Shown here: in pieces, positions 27,001 to 42,107 of the stretch
Layout of the letters: each line of letters begins with the position of its first letter
Position numbering within the stretch: the stretch's first letter is position 1
From: the human T2T-CHM13v2.0 reference genome, Homo sapiens
Strand: one strand, 5' to 3'
Length of the DNA: 64,000 nt
Assembly (NCBI RefSeq): GCF_009914755.1
Contig: NC_060936.1
The notes under the pieces: generated by a model
What the model saw: only the letters and a program-made list of their open reading frames with translations
Database searches by the model: none
Told to the model about the DNA's origin: nothing
Translations under genes and position numbers: made by a program

Positions 27001-30000
27001 CTTTGTGATGTGCGCATTCATCTCACAATGTTGAACCTATATTTTGATAGAGCAGTTTTGAAACTCTCTTTCTTAAGAGTCTGCAAGTGTATATTTGGAT
27101 CCCTTTGCACCTTATGGTGGAAAAGACAATATCTTCACATTAAAACTACGCAGAAGAATTCTGAGAAACTTCTTTGTGATGTGTGCATTCATCTCACAGA
27201 GTTGAACCTCTCTTTTGATTGATTAGTTTGGAAACACTCTTTTTTTAGTATCTGCAAGTGGATATTTGGAGTGCTTTGAGACCTATTTTGGATAAGAAAA
27301 TATCTTCATATAAAAACTACACAGAAGCATTCTGAGAAACTTCTTTGTGATGTGTGCATTCATCTTACAATGCTGAATATTTCTTTTGAGTGAGCAGTTT
27401 GGAAACTCTTTTCATAGAATCTGCAAGAGGATATTTGTAACACTTTGAGGCACATGGGGGAAAAGGATGTATCTTCAGATAAAACTACACAGAAGCATTC
27501 TGAAAAACTTCTTTGTGATGTGTGCATTAAACTCACAGAATTGAACCTATCTTTTGATAGAACAGTTTTGAACCACTCTTTTTTGTAGAATCTGCCAGTA
27601 GATATTTGGAGCGCTTTAAGGCCTATGGTGGAAAAGGAAATATCCTCACCTGAAAAGTAAACAGAAGCATTCTCAGGAACTTCTTTGTGATGTGTGCATT
27701 CAACTAACAGAGTTGAACGTTTCTTTTGATAGAGTAGTTTTGAAACTCTCTTTTTGTAGAATCTGCAGGTGGTTATTTGGAGCCCTTTTGACCGATGATG
27801 GAAAAGGAAATATGTTCCCATAAAAACTACACAGAAACATTCTGAGAAACTTCTTGGTGATGTGTGCATTCAACTCACAGAGTTGAATATTTCATTTCAT
27901 TGAGGAGTTTTGAAAGACTCTTTTTGTAGAATCTGCAGGTGGATATTTTGAGTGCTTTGAGATGTATTGTGGAAAAGGAAATATCTTCATGAAAAAACTA
28001 CACAGAAGCCTTCTTAGAAATTTTTTAGTGATGTGTGCATTCATCACACAGAGTTGAACCTTTCTTTGATTGAGCAGTTTTGAGACAATCTTGTAGTACA
28101 ATCTGTAAGTGGATATTTGGAACGCATTGAAGCCTATCGTTTAAAAGGAAATATCTTCACATAAAAGCTACACAGAAGCATTCTGAGAAACTTCTTTTTG
28201 ATGTGTGCGTTCATCTCACAGCGTTGAACTTTTCTTTTAATTGAGGAGTTTTGAAACACTCTTCTCATGGATTCTGCAAGTGGATATTTAGAACGCTTTG
28301 AAGATTATTGTAGAAAAGGAAATAGCTTCACATAAAAACTACACAGAAGCATTCTGAGAAACTTCTTTGTCATGTGTGCATTCATCTCATAGAGTTGATC
28401 CTTTCTTTTCATTGAACAGTTTTGAAACACTCTTTTCGTAGAATCTGAAATTTAATATTTGGAGCGCTTCGAGGCCTATGGTGGAAAAGGAAATATCTTC
28501 ACATAAAAACTACACAGAAGCATTCAGAGAAACTTCTTTGTGATGTGTGCATTCAACTCCCAGGTTTGAACCTATCTTGTTATAGTGCAGTTTAGAAACT
28601 CTCTTTTTGTAGAATCTAGAAGGGGTTATGTGGAGACCTTTTTGGCCGATGGTGGAAAAGGAAATATCTTCTGATAAAAACTACACAGAAGCATTCTGAG
28701 AAACTTCTTTTTGATGTGTGCATTCATCTCACAGAGTTGAACCTTTCATTTGATTGAGCAGCTTTGAAACACTCTTTTTGTAGAATCTGCAAGTGGTTAT
28801 TCGGAGCCCTTTGTGGCTGATGGTGGAAAAGGAAATATCTTCACAGAAAAACTAGACAGAAGCATTCTCAGAAACTTCTTTGTGATGAGTGCATTCAACT
28901 CATAAGGTTGAACCTTTCTTTTGATTGAGCAGTTTTGAAACACTGTTTTTGTAGAATCTGCAGGTGGATATTCGGAGCACTTTGAGTTCTTTGGTGGAAA
29001 ATGAAATATGTTTACATAAAAACTACACAGAAACATTCTGAGAAACTTCTTTGTGATGTGTGCATTCATCTCACAGAGCTGAATCTTCCTTTTGATTGAG
29101 CAGTTGTGAACACTCTTTTCGTAGCATCTGCAAGTGGATATTTGCAGCATTTTGAGGCCTATGGTGATAAAATGAAATATCTTCTTTTAAGAACTACACA
29201 GAAGCATTCTGAAAAACTTCTTTGTGATGTGTGCATTCACCTCACAGAGATGAATCTTTCTGTTTATTGAGCAGTTTGCAAACACTCTTTTAGTAGACTC
29301 TGCAAGTGTGTATTTTCAGCCATGGGAGGTCTATTGTGGAAAAGGAAATCTTTTCACATAAAAACTACACAGAAGCATTCTGAGAAACTTCTCTGTGATA
29401 TGTGCATTTACCTCAGAGACTGGAAACTTTCTTTTTATTGAGCAGTTTTTAAACACTCTTTTTGAGGAACCTAAGGGTGGATATTTGCAGCGCTTTGAGG
29501 ACTAAGGTGGAAAATGAATTATCTTCACATAAAAACTACACAGAAGCATTCTGAGAAACTACTTTGTGAAGTGTGCATTCAACTCACAGAGTTGAACCTA
29601 TCTTTTCATAGAGCAGTTTTGTAACTCTGTCTTTGTAAATTCTGCAAGTGGATATTTGGAGCCTTTTGTGATCTATGCTGTAAAAGGAAATATCTTCACC
29701 TAAAAACTAGACAGAAGCAGTCTGAGAAACTTCTTTGTGATGTGTTTATTCATCTCCCAGAGCTGAACCTTTCATTTGATTGAGGAATTTTGAAACACTC
29801 TTTTTGTAGGATCTGAAATTTGATATTTGGAGCACTTTAAAGCCTTTTGTGAAAAAGGAAATATCCTCACAAAAAATCTACAGAAGAATTCTCAGAAACT
29901 TCTTTGTTTCGTTTGCATTCGTCTGAAAGGGTTGAACCTTTCTTTTGATTGAGCAATTTTGAAACTCTCTTTTTCTGGAATCTGCAGGTCGATATTTGGA

Positions 30001-31094
30001 GCCCTGTGCAGCCTATGCTTTAAAAGGAAATATCTAAACATAAAAAAAATACACAGACGTCTTCTGAGGAACTTTTTTGTGATGTGAGAATTCATCTCAC
30101 AGGACTGAACCTTTCTTTGATTGGGCAGTTTGGAAACACTCTTTTTGTGGTATCTGCAAGTGGATATTTGGAGTGCTTTGAGGACTAAGGTGGAAAAGGA
30201 AATACTTTCACATAAAAACTACACAGAAGCAATCCGAGAAACTTCCTTTTGAAGTCTGCATTCATCTCACAGAGATGAAACTTTCTTTTGACAGAGCAGT
30301 TTGGAAATCCTCTTTTTGTATAATCGGCAAGGGGATATTTGGAACACTTTGAGGCCAATGGTGGACAAGGAAATATCTTCACATAAAAACTACACAGAAG
30401 CATTCTGAGAAACTTCTTTGTGATGTGTGCATTCATCTCACAGAGTTGAAACTTTCTTTTCATTGAGTAGTTTTGAAAAACTCTTTTTGTAAAATCTGCA
30501 GGTGGATATTTGGAGCGATTTGTGGCCTATTGTGGAAAAGGAAATATCTTCTCATAAAAACTACACAGAAGCATTCTGAGAAACTTCTTTGTGATGAGTG
30601 CATTCATCTTGCAGAGTTAAACGTGTCTTTTGGTAGAGCAGTTTTGAAACTCCCTTTTTGTAGAATCTGCAAGTACATATTTGGAGCCTTTTGTGGCCTA
30701 TGGTGGAAAAGGAAATATCTTCACATGAAAACTACATAGAAACATTCTGAGAATCTTCTCTGTGATGTGTGCATTCATCTCACAGTGTTGAACCTTTCTT
30801 TTGATTGACTAGTTTTGAAACACTCTTTCGTGCAATCTGCAGGGTGGATATTTGGAGAGCTTTGAGGCCTATGGTGGAAAAGGAAATGTCTTCACATAAA
30901 AGCTACACAGAAGCATTCTGAGAAACTTGTTTGTGGTGTGTACATTCAACTCACAGAGTTGAAGCTATATTTTGATAAAGCAGTGTGAACCACTCTTTTT
31001 GTAAAATATGCAAGTGGATATTTGGAGCGCTTTGAGGAATAGGAAGGAAAAGGAAATATCTTCACAAAAAATACACAGAGGCATTCTGAGAGAG

Positions 31095-31113
31095 TTTTTT
31101 TTTTTTTTTTTTT
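31095..31113 (+). repeat. Poly(T)19 expansion inside a monomer
   Basis: GAGAG-T19-GATGTGTGC replaces AAACTTCTTTGT. Confidence 0.85.
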
Positions 31114-34100
31114 GATGTGTGCATTCATCTCACTGAGTTTAACATTTCATTTGATTGAGCAGTTTGGAAACACTCTTTTAGTAGAATCTGCAAGTTGATA
31201 TTTGGAGCGCTTTGAGGCCTATTGTAGAAATGGAAATATCTTCACATAAAAACTACACAGAAGCACTCTCAGAAACTTCTTTGCTTTGTGTGTATTCATA
31301 TCACAGATTTGAACCTTTCTTTTCACTGAGCAATTTGGAAACACTCTTTTAGTAGAATCTGCAAGTGGATATTTGGAGCCCAAGGAACAATTTTGTGGAA
31401 AATGAAATGTCTTCACATACAAATTACACAGAAGCATCCTGAGAAACTTCTTTGTGATGTGCACATTCATGTCACAGAGTTGAACATTTCTTTTGATTGA
31501 AGAGTTTTGAAACGCACTTTTTGTAGAATCTGCAAATGGATAATTGGAGCACTTTGAGGCCTATGGTTGAAAACGAAATATCTTCAAATAAAAACTACAC
31601 AGAAGCATTCTGAGAAACTTCTTTGTGATGTGTGCATTCATCTCACAGAGTTGAAACTATCCTTTGATAGAAGAGATTTCAAACTGTCTTTATGTAGAAT
31701 CTACAAGTGGATATTTGGAACACTTTGTAGCCTACGGTGGAAAAGTATATATCTTCACATAATAACTACACAGAAGCATTCGGAGAAACTTCTTTGTGAT
31801 GTGTGCATTCAACTCACAGAGTTGAACCTATCTATTGATAGAGCAGTTTTGAAACTCTCTTTTTGTAGAATCTGCAAGTGGACATTTGGATCGCTTTGAG
31901 GTCTATTGTGGAAAAGGAAATATCTTCACTTAAAAACTGCACAGAAGCATTCTCAGAATCTCCTTTGTTTAGTGTTCATTCATCTCAAAGAGTTGAACTT
32001 TTCTTTTGATTGAGCAATTTTGAAACACTCTTTTGGAAGAATCTGCAAGTGGATATTTGGAGCCGTTTGACGCCTATGGCAGAAAAGGAGATATCTTAAC
32101 ATAAAAACTACACAGAGGCATTCTGAGAAGCTTCTTTCTGATTGTGTACATTCAACTAGCAGAGCTGAACCTATCTTTTCATAGAGCAGTTTGGAACCTC
32201 ACTTTTTGTAGAGTCTGCAAGTGGTTATTTGGAGCCCTTTGTTGCCAAAGGTGGAAAAGGAAATCTCTTCACATAAAAACTACACAGAAAAACTCCCCGA
32301 AACTTCTTTGTGATGTGTGCATTCATCTCACAGTGTTAAAACTCTTTTGATTGAGCAGTTTGGAACACTCTATTTTAGTAGAATCTGCAAGTGGATATTT
32401 GGAGCCCTTGGAGGCCTAATGTGGAAAAGGAAATATCTTCACATAAAAACTACACAGAATCATTCTGAGAAACATCTTTGTGGTGTGTGCATTCATCTCA
32501 CAGAGTTGAAACTCTCTTTTGATTGAGTAGTTTGGCAACACTCTTTTTGTAGAACCTCCAAGTGGATATTTGGAGCGATTTGTGGTCTATTGTCTAAAAG
32601 GAAATATCTTCACATAAAAACTACACAGAAGCATTCTGAGAATCTTCTTTGTGATGTGTGCATTCATCTCACTGAAGTTAACCTATCTTTTGATAGACCA
32701 GTTTTGAAACTCTTTTTGTAGAATCTGCATGTGATTATTTGGAGCCCTTTATGGCCTATGGTGGAAAAGTAAATATCTTTACATAAAAACTACACATAAG
32801 CATTCTGAGAAACTACATTGTGATGTGTGCATTCATCTCACAGAGTTGAACATTTAATTTTATGAGCAGTTTTGTAACACTCTTTTTGTAGAATCTGCAA
32901 GTGGATATTCAGAGCGCTTTGAGCCCTACTGTAGAAAAGGAAATAACTTCACATAAAAACTACACAGAAGCATTTTCAGAAACTAGTTTGTGATGTGCAA
33001 ATTCATCTCACAGAGTTGAACCTATCTTTTGATAGAAAAGTTTTGAAACTCTCTTTTTCTAGTATCTGCAAGTGGTTATTGGGAGCCCTTTGCAGCCTAT
33101 GGTGAAAAAGGATATATTTTCACCTAAAAACTACACAGATGCATTCTGAGAAACTTCTTTGTGATGTGTGCATTCATCTCACAGAGTTGAGATTCTCTTT
33201 TGATTGAGTCATTTGGATACACTCTTTTTGTAGTATCTGCAAGTGGATATTTGGAGCAGTTTGAGTCCTATTGTGGAAAAGGAAATATCTTCACCTAAAA
33301 ACTACACAGAAGCATTCTGAGAAACTTCTTTGTGATGTGTGCATTCATCTGACAGAGTTGAAACTTTCTTTTGATTGAGCAGTTTTGAAACACTCTTTTT
33401 GTAGAAACTGCAAGTGCATATTTAGAGCGCTTTGAGGCCTATAGTGGAAAAGGAAATATCTTCACATAAAAACTACACAGAAGCATTCTGCAGAACTATT
33501 CTGTGATGTGTGCATTGAACTCGCAGAGTTGACCCTATGTTTTGATAGTGCATTTTTGAAACTCTCTTTTTATAGAATCTGCAAGTGTTTATTTGGAACC
33601 CTTTGTGGCCAATGGTGGAAAAGGAAATATCTTCCCATTAAAGTTACAATGAAGCATTCTGGGAAACTTCTTTGTGATGAGTGCCTTCACCTCACAGAGT
33701 TGAAACTTTCATTTGATTGAGCAGTTTTGAAAAACTCTTTTTGTAGAATCTGCAGGTGGATATTTGGAACGCTTTGAGGCCTATTGTGGAAAAGGATTGT
33801 CTTCATATAAAAACTACACAGAAGCATTCTAATAAACTATTTTGTTTTGTTTGCATTCATCTCACAGAGTTGAACCCTTCTTTTGATTGAGCAGTTTTGA
33901 AACACACTTTTTGTGGAATCTGGAAGTGGTTATTTGGAGCCCTTTGTGGCCTATTGTAGAAAAGGAAATATCTTCACATAAAATCTACACAGAAGTATTC
34001 TGAGAAGCTTCTTTGTGATGTGTTCGTTCATCTCACAGAGTTGAACCTTTATTTTGATTGAGCAGTTTTGAAACACTATTTTCATAGAATCTGCAAGGGA

Positions 34101-37100
34101 GTATTTGGTGTGCTTTGAGGCCTGTGGTGGAAAAAGAAATATTTTCACATAGAAACTACATAGACTCAGTCTGAGAAACTATTTTGTGATATGTGCATTC
34201 ATCTCAAAGAGCTGAACATTTCTTTTGATTGATCAGTTTGGAAACACTCTTTTAGGTAAATCTTCAAGTGGATATTTGGAGCCCTTGGAGGCCTATTGTG
34301 GAAAAGGAAATATCTTCACATAAAAATTACACAGAAGCATTCCGAGAAACTTCTTAGTGATGTGTGCATAAATCTCACAGAATTGACCCATTCTTTCAAT
34401 TGAGCAGTTTCGAAACAATCTTTTTGTAGAATCTGCAAGCAGAAATTTGGAGCGCTTTGAGACCTATAGTGGAAAACGTACTATCTTCACATAAAAACTA
34501 CACAGAAACATTCTGAGAACCTTCTTTCTGATGTGTGCATTCATCCCACAGAGGTGAATCTATCTTTTGATAGAGCAGTTTTGAAACTCTCTTTTTGTAG
34601 AATCTGCATGTGGATATTTGGAGCCCTTTACGGCCTATGGTGGGAATGTAAATATCTTCACATAAAAAATACACAGAAGCATTCTGGAAAGTTCTTTGTC
34701 ATCTGTTCATTCATCTCACAGAGTTGAAACTATCTTTTGAAAGAGCAGTTTTGAAATTCTCTTTCCGTAGAATCTGCTAGTAGATATTTTGAGGCCTTTA
34801 TGACCGATGGTGGAAAAAGTTATAACTTCCCATAAAAACTACAGAGAAGCATTCTGAGAAACTTCTTTGTGATGAGTGCATTCATTTCACAGAGTTGAAC
34901 ATTTCATTTGATTGAGCAGTTTTGAAACACATTTTCGTAGAATCTGCAAGTTGATATTTGGAGGGCTTTGAGGCGTATTGTGGAAAATGAAATATCTTCA
35001 CATAAAAACTACACAGTAGCATTCTCAGAAACTTCTTTGTGATGTGTGCATTCATCTCACAGAGTTGAAACTTCCTTTTGAATGAGCAGTTTTGGAGCAC
35101 TCTTTTTGTAGTATCTCCAAGTGGATATCTGGAGATATTTGAGGCCTGAAGAGGAAAAGGAAATATCTTCACATAAAAACTACACAGAAGCATTCTGAGA
35201 AACTTCTTTGTGATGTGTGCATTCATCCCACAGAGATGAACCTGTCTTTTCATAGAGCAGTTTGAAACTCTCTTTTTGTAGAATCTGCAAGTGGATATTT
35301 GGAGCACTTTGCAGCCTATTGTGGAAAAGGAAACATCTTCACATAAAAACAACACAGAGCATTCTGAGACACTTCTTTGTGATGCGTGCATTCAACTCGC
35401 AGAGTTGAACATATCTTTTGATAGAGCAGTTTTGAAACTCTCTTTTTGTAGAATCTGCAAGTGGATATTTGGAGCCCTTTGCAGGCTTTTAGTGGAAAAG
35501 GAAACATCTTCATATAAAAACTACACAGAAGCATTCTGAGAAACTTCATCATGATGTGTGTATTCAACTCACAGAGTTGAACATATCTTTTGATAGAGCA
35601 ATTTTGACACTCTTTTTGTAGAATCTACAAGTAGATATTTGGAGCAGTTTGAAGCCTGTGGTGGAAAAGGAAATATCTTCAAATAAAAACTACACGGAAG
35701 CATTCTGAGAAACTTCTTTGTGATGTGTGCATTCAACTCACAGAGTTGAACCTTTCTTTTGATTGAGCAGTTTGGAAACACTCTTTTTCTGAATCTGCAA
35801 GAGGATATTTGGAGCACATTGAGACCTATGGTGGAAAAGGAAATATCTTCACATAAAAACTAGACAGAAGCATTCTGAGAAACTTCTTTGTGATGTGTGC
35901 ATTCATCTCACAGAGTTGAACCTATCTTTTGATGGAGCAGTAGTGAAACTCTCTTTTTGTAGAATCTGCAAGTGGATATTTGGAGCGATTTGAGGCCTAA
36001 CGAGGAAAAGGACATATTTTCACATAAAAACTACTCAGAAGCATTCTGAGAAACTTCTTTGCAATGTTTGCATTCATCCCACAGAGTTGAAATTTTGTTT
36101 TGACTGAGCAGCTTTGATACACACTTTTCATATAATCTGCAAGTGGATATTTGGAGCACTTTGAGGCCATTGGTGGAAAAGGTAATATCTCCACATAAAA
36201 ACTACACAGAAGCATTTTGAGAAACTTCTTTGTGATATGTGTATTCAACTGGCAGAGTTGAACCTGGCTTTTGATAGAGCAGTTTTGAAACTCACTTTTT
36301 GTAGAATCTGCAAGTGGTTATTTGGAGCCCTTTGTGGCCTATGTTGGAAAAGAAAATATTTTCCCATGAAAACTACACAGAAGCATTCAGTGAAAGTTCT
36401 CTGTGATGTGTGAATTCGTCTCACAGACTTAAATATTTCATTTGATGGACCAGGTTTGAAACACTTTTTGTAGATTCTGCAAGGGGATATTTGGGGCGCT
36501 TTGAGGCCTATTGTGGAAAAGGAAATATCTTCACTTAAAAACTACACAGAAGCATTCTCACAAACTTCTTTGTGATGTGTGCATTCATCTCACAGAGTTG
36601 AATATTTCATTTGATTGAGCAGTTTTGAAACACTCTTTTTGTAGAATCTGCAAGTGGGTATTTGGAGAGCTTTGAGGCCTGTTGCAGAAAAGGAAATCTC
36701 TTCACATAAAAACCACACAGAAGCACTCTCAGAAACTTCTTTGTGATGTGTGCCTTCAACTCACAGACCTGAACCTATCTTTGGTAGAGGAGTTTTGAAA
36801 CTCTCTTTTTGTAGAATCTGCAAGTCGTTATTTGTAGCCATTTGTGGCCGATGGTGGAAAAAGAAATATCTTCCCATAAAAACTACCCAGAAGCTTTCTG
36901 AGAAACTACTTTGTGATGTGTGCATTCGTGTCACAGAGTTGAAACTTTCATTTCATTGAGCATTTTTGAAACACTCTTTTTATAGAATCTGCATGTGGAT
37001 ATTTGGAGTGCTTTGTGGCCTATTGTGGAAAAGGAAATATCTTCACATAAAAACTACACAGAAGCATTCTCAGAAACTTCTTTGTTTTGTGTGCATTCAT

Positions 37101-40100
37101 CTCACAGAATTGAACCTTTCTTCTGATTGAGCAGTTTTGAAATACTCTTTTCATAGAATCTGCAAGTGGATATTTGGAGTGCTTTGGGGTCTATCATGGT
37201 AAAGGAAATATCTTTAATTAAAAACTACACAGAAGCATTCTGAGAAACTTCTTTGTGATGTTTGCATTCAACACGCAGAGTTGAACGTATCTTTTGATTG
37301 CACAGTTTTGAAACCCTCTTTTTGTAGAAACTGCAATTGGTTATTTAGAGCCCTTTGTGTCAGATGGCGGAAAAGGAGATATCTTCCCATGAAAACTACA
37401 CAGAAGCATTCAGAGAAAGTTCTTTGTGATGTGTGAATTCATCTCACAGAGTTAATTTTTTCCTTTGATTGAGCTGTTTCCAAACAGTCTTTTTGTAGGA
37501 TCTGTAAGGGGGTATTTGGGGCACTTTGAGGCCTATTGTGGAAAAGGAAATATCTTCACATAAGAACTACACAGAAGCATTCTCACAAACGTCTTTGTGA
37601 TGTGTGCATTCAACTCACAGAGTTCCACCTTTCTTTTGATTGAGCAGTTTTGTCTCAGTCTTTTCGTGGAATCTACAATTGGATATTTGAAGCGCTTTGA
37701 GGCCTTTGGTGGGAAAGGAAATATCTTCACATACAAATTACATGGAAGCATTCTGAGAAACTTCTTTGTGATGTGTGTATTCATCTCAGGAGTTGAACCT
37801 ATGTTTCGTCGAGCAGTTTTGAAACTCTCTTTTTGTAGAATCTGGAAGTGGATATTCAGAGTCTTTTGTGGCCTATAGTGGAAAAGGATATGTCTTTATT
37901 TAAAAAATACCCAGAAGCATTCTTAGAAACTTCTTTGTGATGTGTGCATTCAAATCACAGAGTTGAAACTATCTTTTGATAGATCAGTTTTGAAACTCTC
38001 TTTTGTAGAATCTGCAAGTGGATATTTGGAATCCTTAGCGGCCTATGGTGGAAAAGGAAATATCTTCATATTAAAACTATACAGAAGCATTCTCAGAAAT
38101 TTCTTTGTAATGTGAGCATTCATATCACAGAGTTGAACCTTTCTTTTGATTGAACAGTTTCGAAACACTCTTTTTGTTGTATCTGCAAATGGATATTTGG
38201 AACGCTTTAACGCTGAAGCTGAAAAGGAAATATCTTCACATAAAAACTACACAGAAGCATTCTGAGAAATTTCTTTGTGATGTGTGCATTCATCTCACAG
38301 AGTTGAAGTTTTCTTTTGATTGAGCAGTTTTGAAACACTCTTTTTGTAGAATCTGCAAGTGGATATTTGTAGCGCTTTGAGGCCTATGGTGGAAAAAGAA
38401 ATATGTTCACATAAAAATTAGACAGAAGCATTCTCAGAAAATTCTTTGTGATGTGTGCACTCAACTCACAGAGTTGAACTTTCTTTTGATTGAGTAGTTT
38501 GGAAACAATCTTTTTGTAGTATCTGCAAATGGGTTTTTAGATCGCTTTGGGGCCTATGGTGAAAAAGGAAACACCTTCACATAAAAACTAGACAGAAGCA
38601 TTCTGAGAAACTTCTTAGTGATGTGTGCATTCATCCCTCAGAGTTCAACTTTTCTTTTGATTGAGCAATTTGGAAACAGTCTTTTTGTGTAATCTGCACA
38701 GAAATATTTGTGAGTCCATTGAGGCCTATGTTGAAATGGGAAATATCTTCACATAAAAACTAGACAGAAGCATTCTGAGAAACTTCTTTGTGATGTGTCC
38801 ATTCATCTCACAGAGTTGAAACTGTCTTTTGATTGAGCAGTTTGGAAACACTCGTTGTGTAGAATCTGCACAGTGATACTTGTGAGCAGTCTGAGGTCTA
38901 TGGTGAAATAGGAAATGTCTCCACATAAAAACTAGGCCAAAGCACAGTGAGAAATTTTTGTGATATGTGCTTTCTTCTCACTGAATTGAACATTTGTTTT
39001 GATTGAGCAGTTTAGAAAAAGTATTTCTGTGGAAAGGGCAAATGGATATTTTGAGCTCTTTCAGGCCTAGTAAAAGGAAATATCTTCACATAAAAACTAG
39101 ACAGGAGCATTCTGAGAAACTTCTTTGTGGTTTGTGCATTCATCTGGAAGAGTTGAATGTTTCTTTTGATGGAGCAGTTTGGAAACAGTCTTTTTGTGGT
39201 AACTGCAGAGGGATATTTCTGAGCTGTTTAAGTCCTATGGTGAAAACGGAAATATCTTCACATAAAAACTAGACAGAAACATTCTGAGAAACGTCGTTGT
39301 GATATTGGCATTCATCTCGTAGAATTGAACCTTTCTTTAGATTGAGCAGCTTGGAAACAGACTTTTTGTATGATCTGCAACTGGAGATTTGTAGCGCTTT
39401 GAGGCCTTCCGTGAAAAATGAAATATCTTCACATAAAAACTAGACAGAAACTTTCTGAGAAACTTCCTTGTGATGTGTGCTTTCATCTCACAGAGTTGGA
39501 CTTTTCTTTTGATTCACTAGTTTGGAAACATTCTTTTTGTAGTATCTGCAGAGGGATATTTGTTAACAGTTTAAGGACCATGGTGAAAAAGGAAATATCA
39601 TCACAAACAAACAAGACTGAAGCATTCAGAGAAACTTCTTTGTTACATGTGCATTCATCGCACAGAGTTGAACCTTTCTTTTGATTGAGCAGTTTGGAAA
39701 CAGTCTTTTTGTAGAATCTGCGAAGGGATATTTGTAAGACCTTGACTGTCTATGGTGAAACAGAGAATATCTTCACACAAAAACTAAACAGAAACTTTCT
39801 GAGAAACTTCTTTGTGATGTATGCTCTCCTCTCACAGAGTTGAACATTTCTTTTTATTGAGCAGTTTGTAAAGAGTCTTTCCGTAGAATCTGCAAAGGGA
39901 TATTTGGAGCTCTTGGAGGCCTATGGTGAAAAAGGTAATATCTTCATATGAAAACTAGACAGAAGCATTCTGTGAAATTTCCTTCTGTTGCCAGCATTCA
40001 CCTCACAGGGTTGAAACTTTCTTTTGATTGAGCAGTTTGGAAATTGTCTTTTTGTAGAATCTGCAAATGGATATTTGCACTGCTTTGTCAGTTATTGTGA

Positions 40101-40154
40101 AAAAGGCAATATCTTCAGATAAAAACTAGACAGAAGAATTCTCAGAAACTTCTT

Positions 40155-42107
40155 TGTGATGCCTGCATTCATCTCACAGAGTTGAACTTTCTTTTGATTG
40201 AGCAGTCTGGAAACACTCTTTTTGTACATTCTGCAAAGGGATATTTCTGAGCCGTTTGAGGCCTATGATGAAAAATAAATATCTTCATATAAAACTAGAC
40301 AAAAGCATTCTGAGAAACTTCTTTGTGATGTGTGATGTGTCCCTTCGTCTCACAGAGTTGAACCTTTCTTTTCATTGAGCTCTATGTGAACAGTCTTTTC
40401 AAAGAAACTGTAGAGGGATATCTGTGAGCCCTTGATGTCGTATGGTGAAAAAGGAAATATCTTCACATATAAACTAGACAGATGAATTCTGCGCAACTAC
40501 TTTGTGATAAGTCCATTCATCTCACAGTGTTGAACCTTTCTTTTGATTGAGCAGTTTGGAAAGAGTCCTTTTGAAGAATCTGCAGACAGACATTTGTGAG
40601 TCCTCGAAGGCCTATGGTGAAGTAGGAGATATCTCCACATAAAAGCTAGACAGAAGCATTCTGAGAAACTTCTTTGTGACACCTGCATTCATCTCACAGA
40701 GTTGAACCTTTCTATTGATTGAGCAGTTTGGAAACAATCTTTTTGTAGAATCAGCAAAGGTATATTTCCGAGCTGTTTAAGGCCAATGGTGAAAATGAAT
40801 AATCTTCACATAAAAACTAGTCAGAAGCATTCTGAGAAACGTTTTGTGATTTGTCCATTCATCTCACAGAGTTGAATCTTTCTTTTGATTGAGCTGTTTG
40901 GACACAATATTTTCTTAGAATCTGCAGAGGGATATTTGTGAGCCTTTTATGGCCCATAGTGAAACAGGAAATATCTTCACATAAAAACTAGACAGAAGCT
41001 TTCTGAGAAACATCTTTGTGACGTGTGCTTTCATCTCACTGAGTTGAACCTTTCTTTTGTTTGAGTAGTTTGGAAACAGGCCTTTTGTAGTGTCTGCAAA
41101 TGGATATTTGGAGCGCTTTGAGGCCTAGGGTGAAAAAGGAAATATCTTCACATGAAAACTAGACTGAAGAATTCTGAGAAACTTCTTTGTGATGTGTGCA
41201 TTCATCTCACAGAGTTGAACCTTTCTGTTGATGGAGCAGTTTGAAAATAGTATTTTGTAGTATCTGCAGAGAGATATTTGTGAGCCGTTTAAGGCCTTTG
41301 GTGAAAAAGGAAATGTCTTCACATAAAAAGTCGACAGAAGCATTTTGAGAAACTTCTTTGTGATGTGTTCATTCATCTCACAGTGTTAAAAATTTCCTTT
41401 GATTGAGCAGTTTGCAAGCACTCTTTCTGTAGAATCTGCAAATGGATATTTAGAGAACTTCGAGGCCTACGTTAGTTAGGAAATGAAATATCTTCATATA
41501 AAAACTAAACAGAAGCTTTCTGAGAAACTTTTTGTGATATGTGCATTCACCTCACAGAGTTGAAACTTTCCTTTTATTGAGCAGTTTGGGAACTGTCTTT
41601 TTGTAGAATCTGCAAATGGATATTCGGAGCACTTTGGGGCCTATGTTGAAAAAGGAAATATCTTCACTTAAAAACTAGACAGAAGCATTCTGAGAAACTT
41701 CTTTGTGATGTGTGCATTCATCTCACAGATTTGAACATTTCTTTTGACTGAACAGTTGGGAAACAGTCCTTTTGTAGAATATTGAATGGGATATATTTGA
41801 GCCCTTTTAGGCCTATGGTGAAATAGGAAATATCTTCACATAAAAGCTAGACAGAAGGTTTCTAAGAAACATTTTTGTGTTGTGTGCTTTCATCTCACAG
41901 AGTTGAAGCTTTCCTTTGATGGAGTAGTTTGGAGACCGTATTTTCATAGTATCTGCAGAGGGATACTTCTGAGCCCTTTATGCCCTATGGTGAAATAGGA
42001 TATATCTTCACTTAAAAACTAGACAGAAGCTTTCTGAGAAACTTCTTTGGGTTTCCTGTTTTCATCTCACAGAGTTCAAACTTTCTTTTGATTGAGCAGT
42101 TTGGAAA
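40155..42107 (+). repeat. Right arm of high-identity inverted duplication
   Basis: Reverse complement of 15267→~14370 followed by 12485→11598, with one extra monomer at ~40680-40840. Confidence 0.92.
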
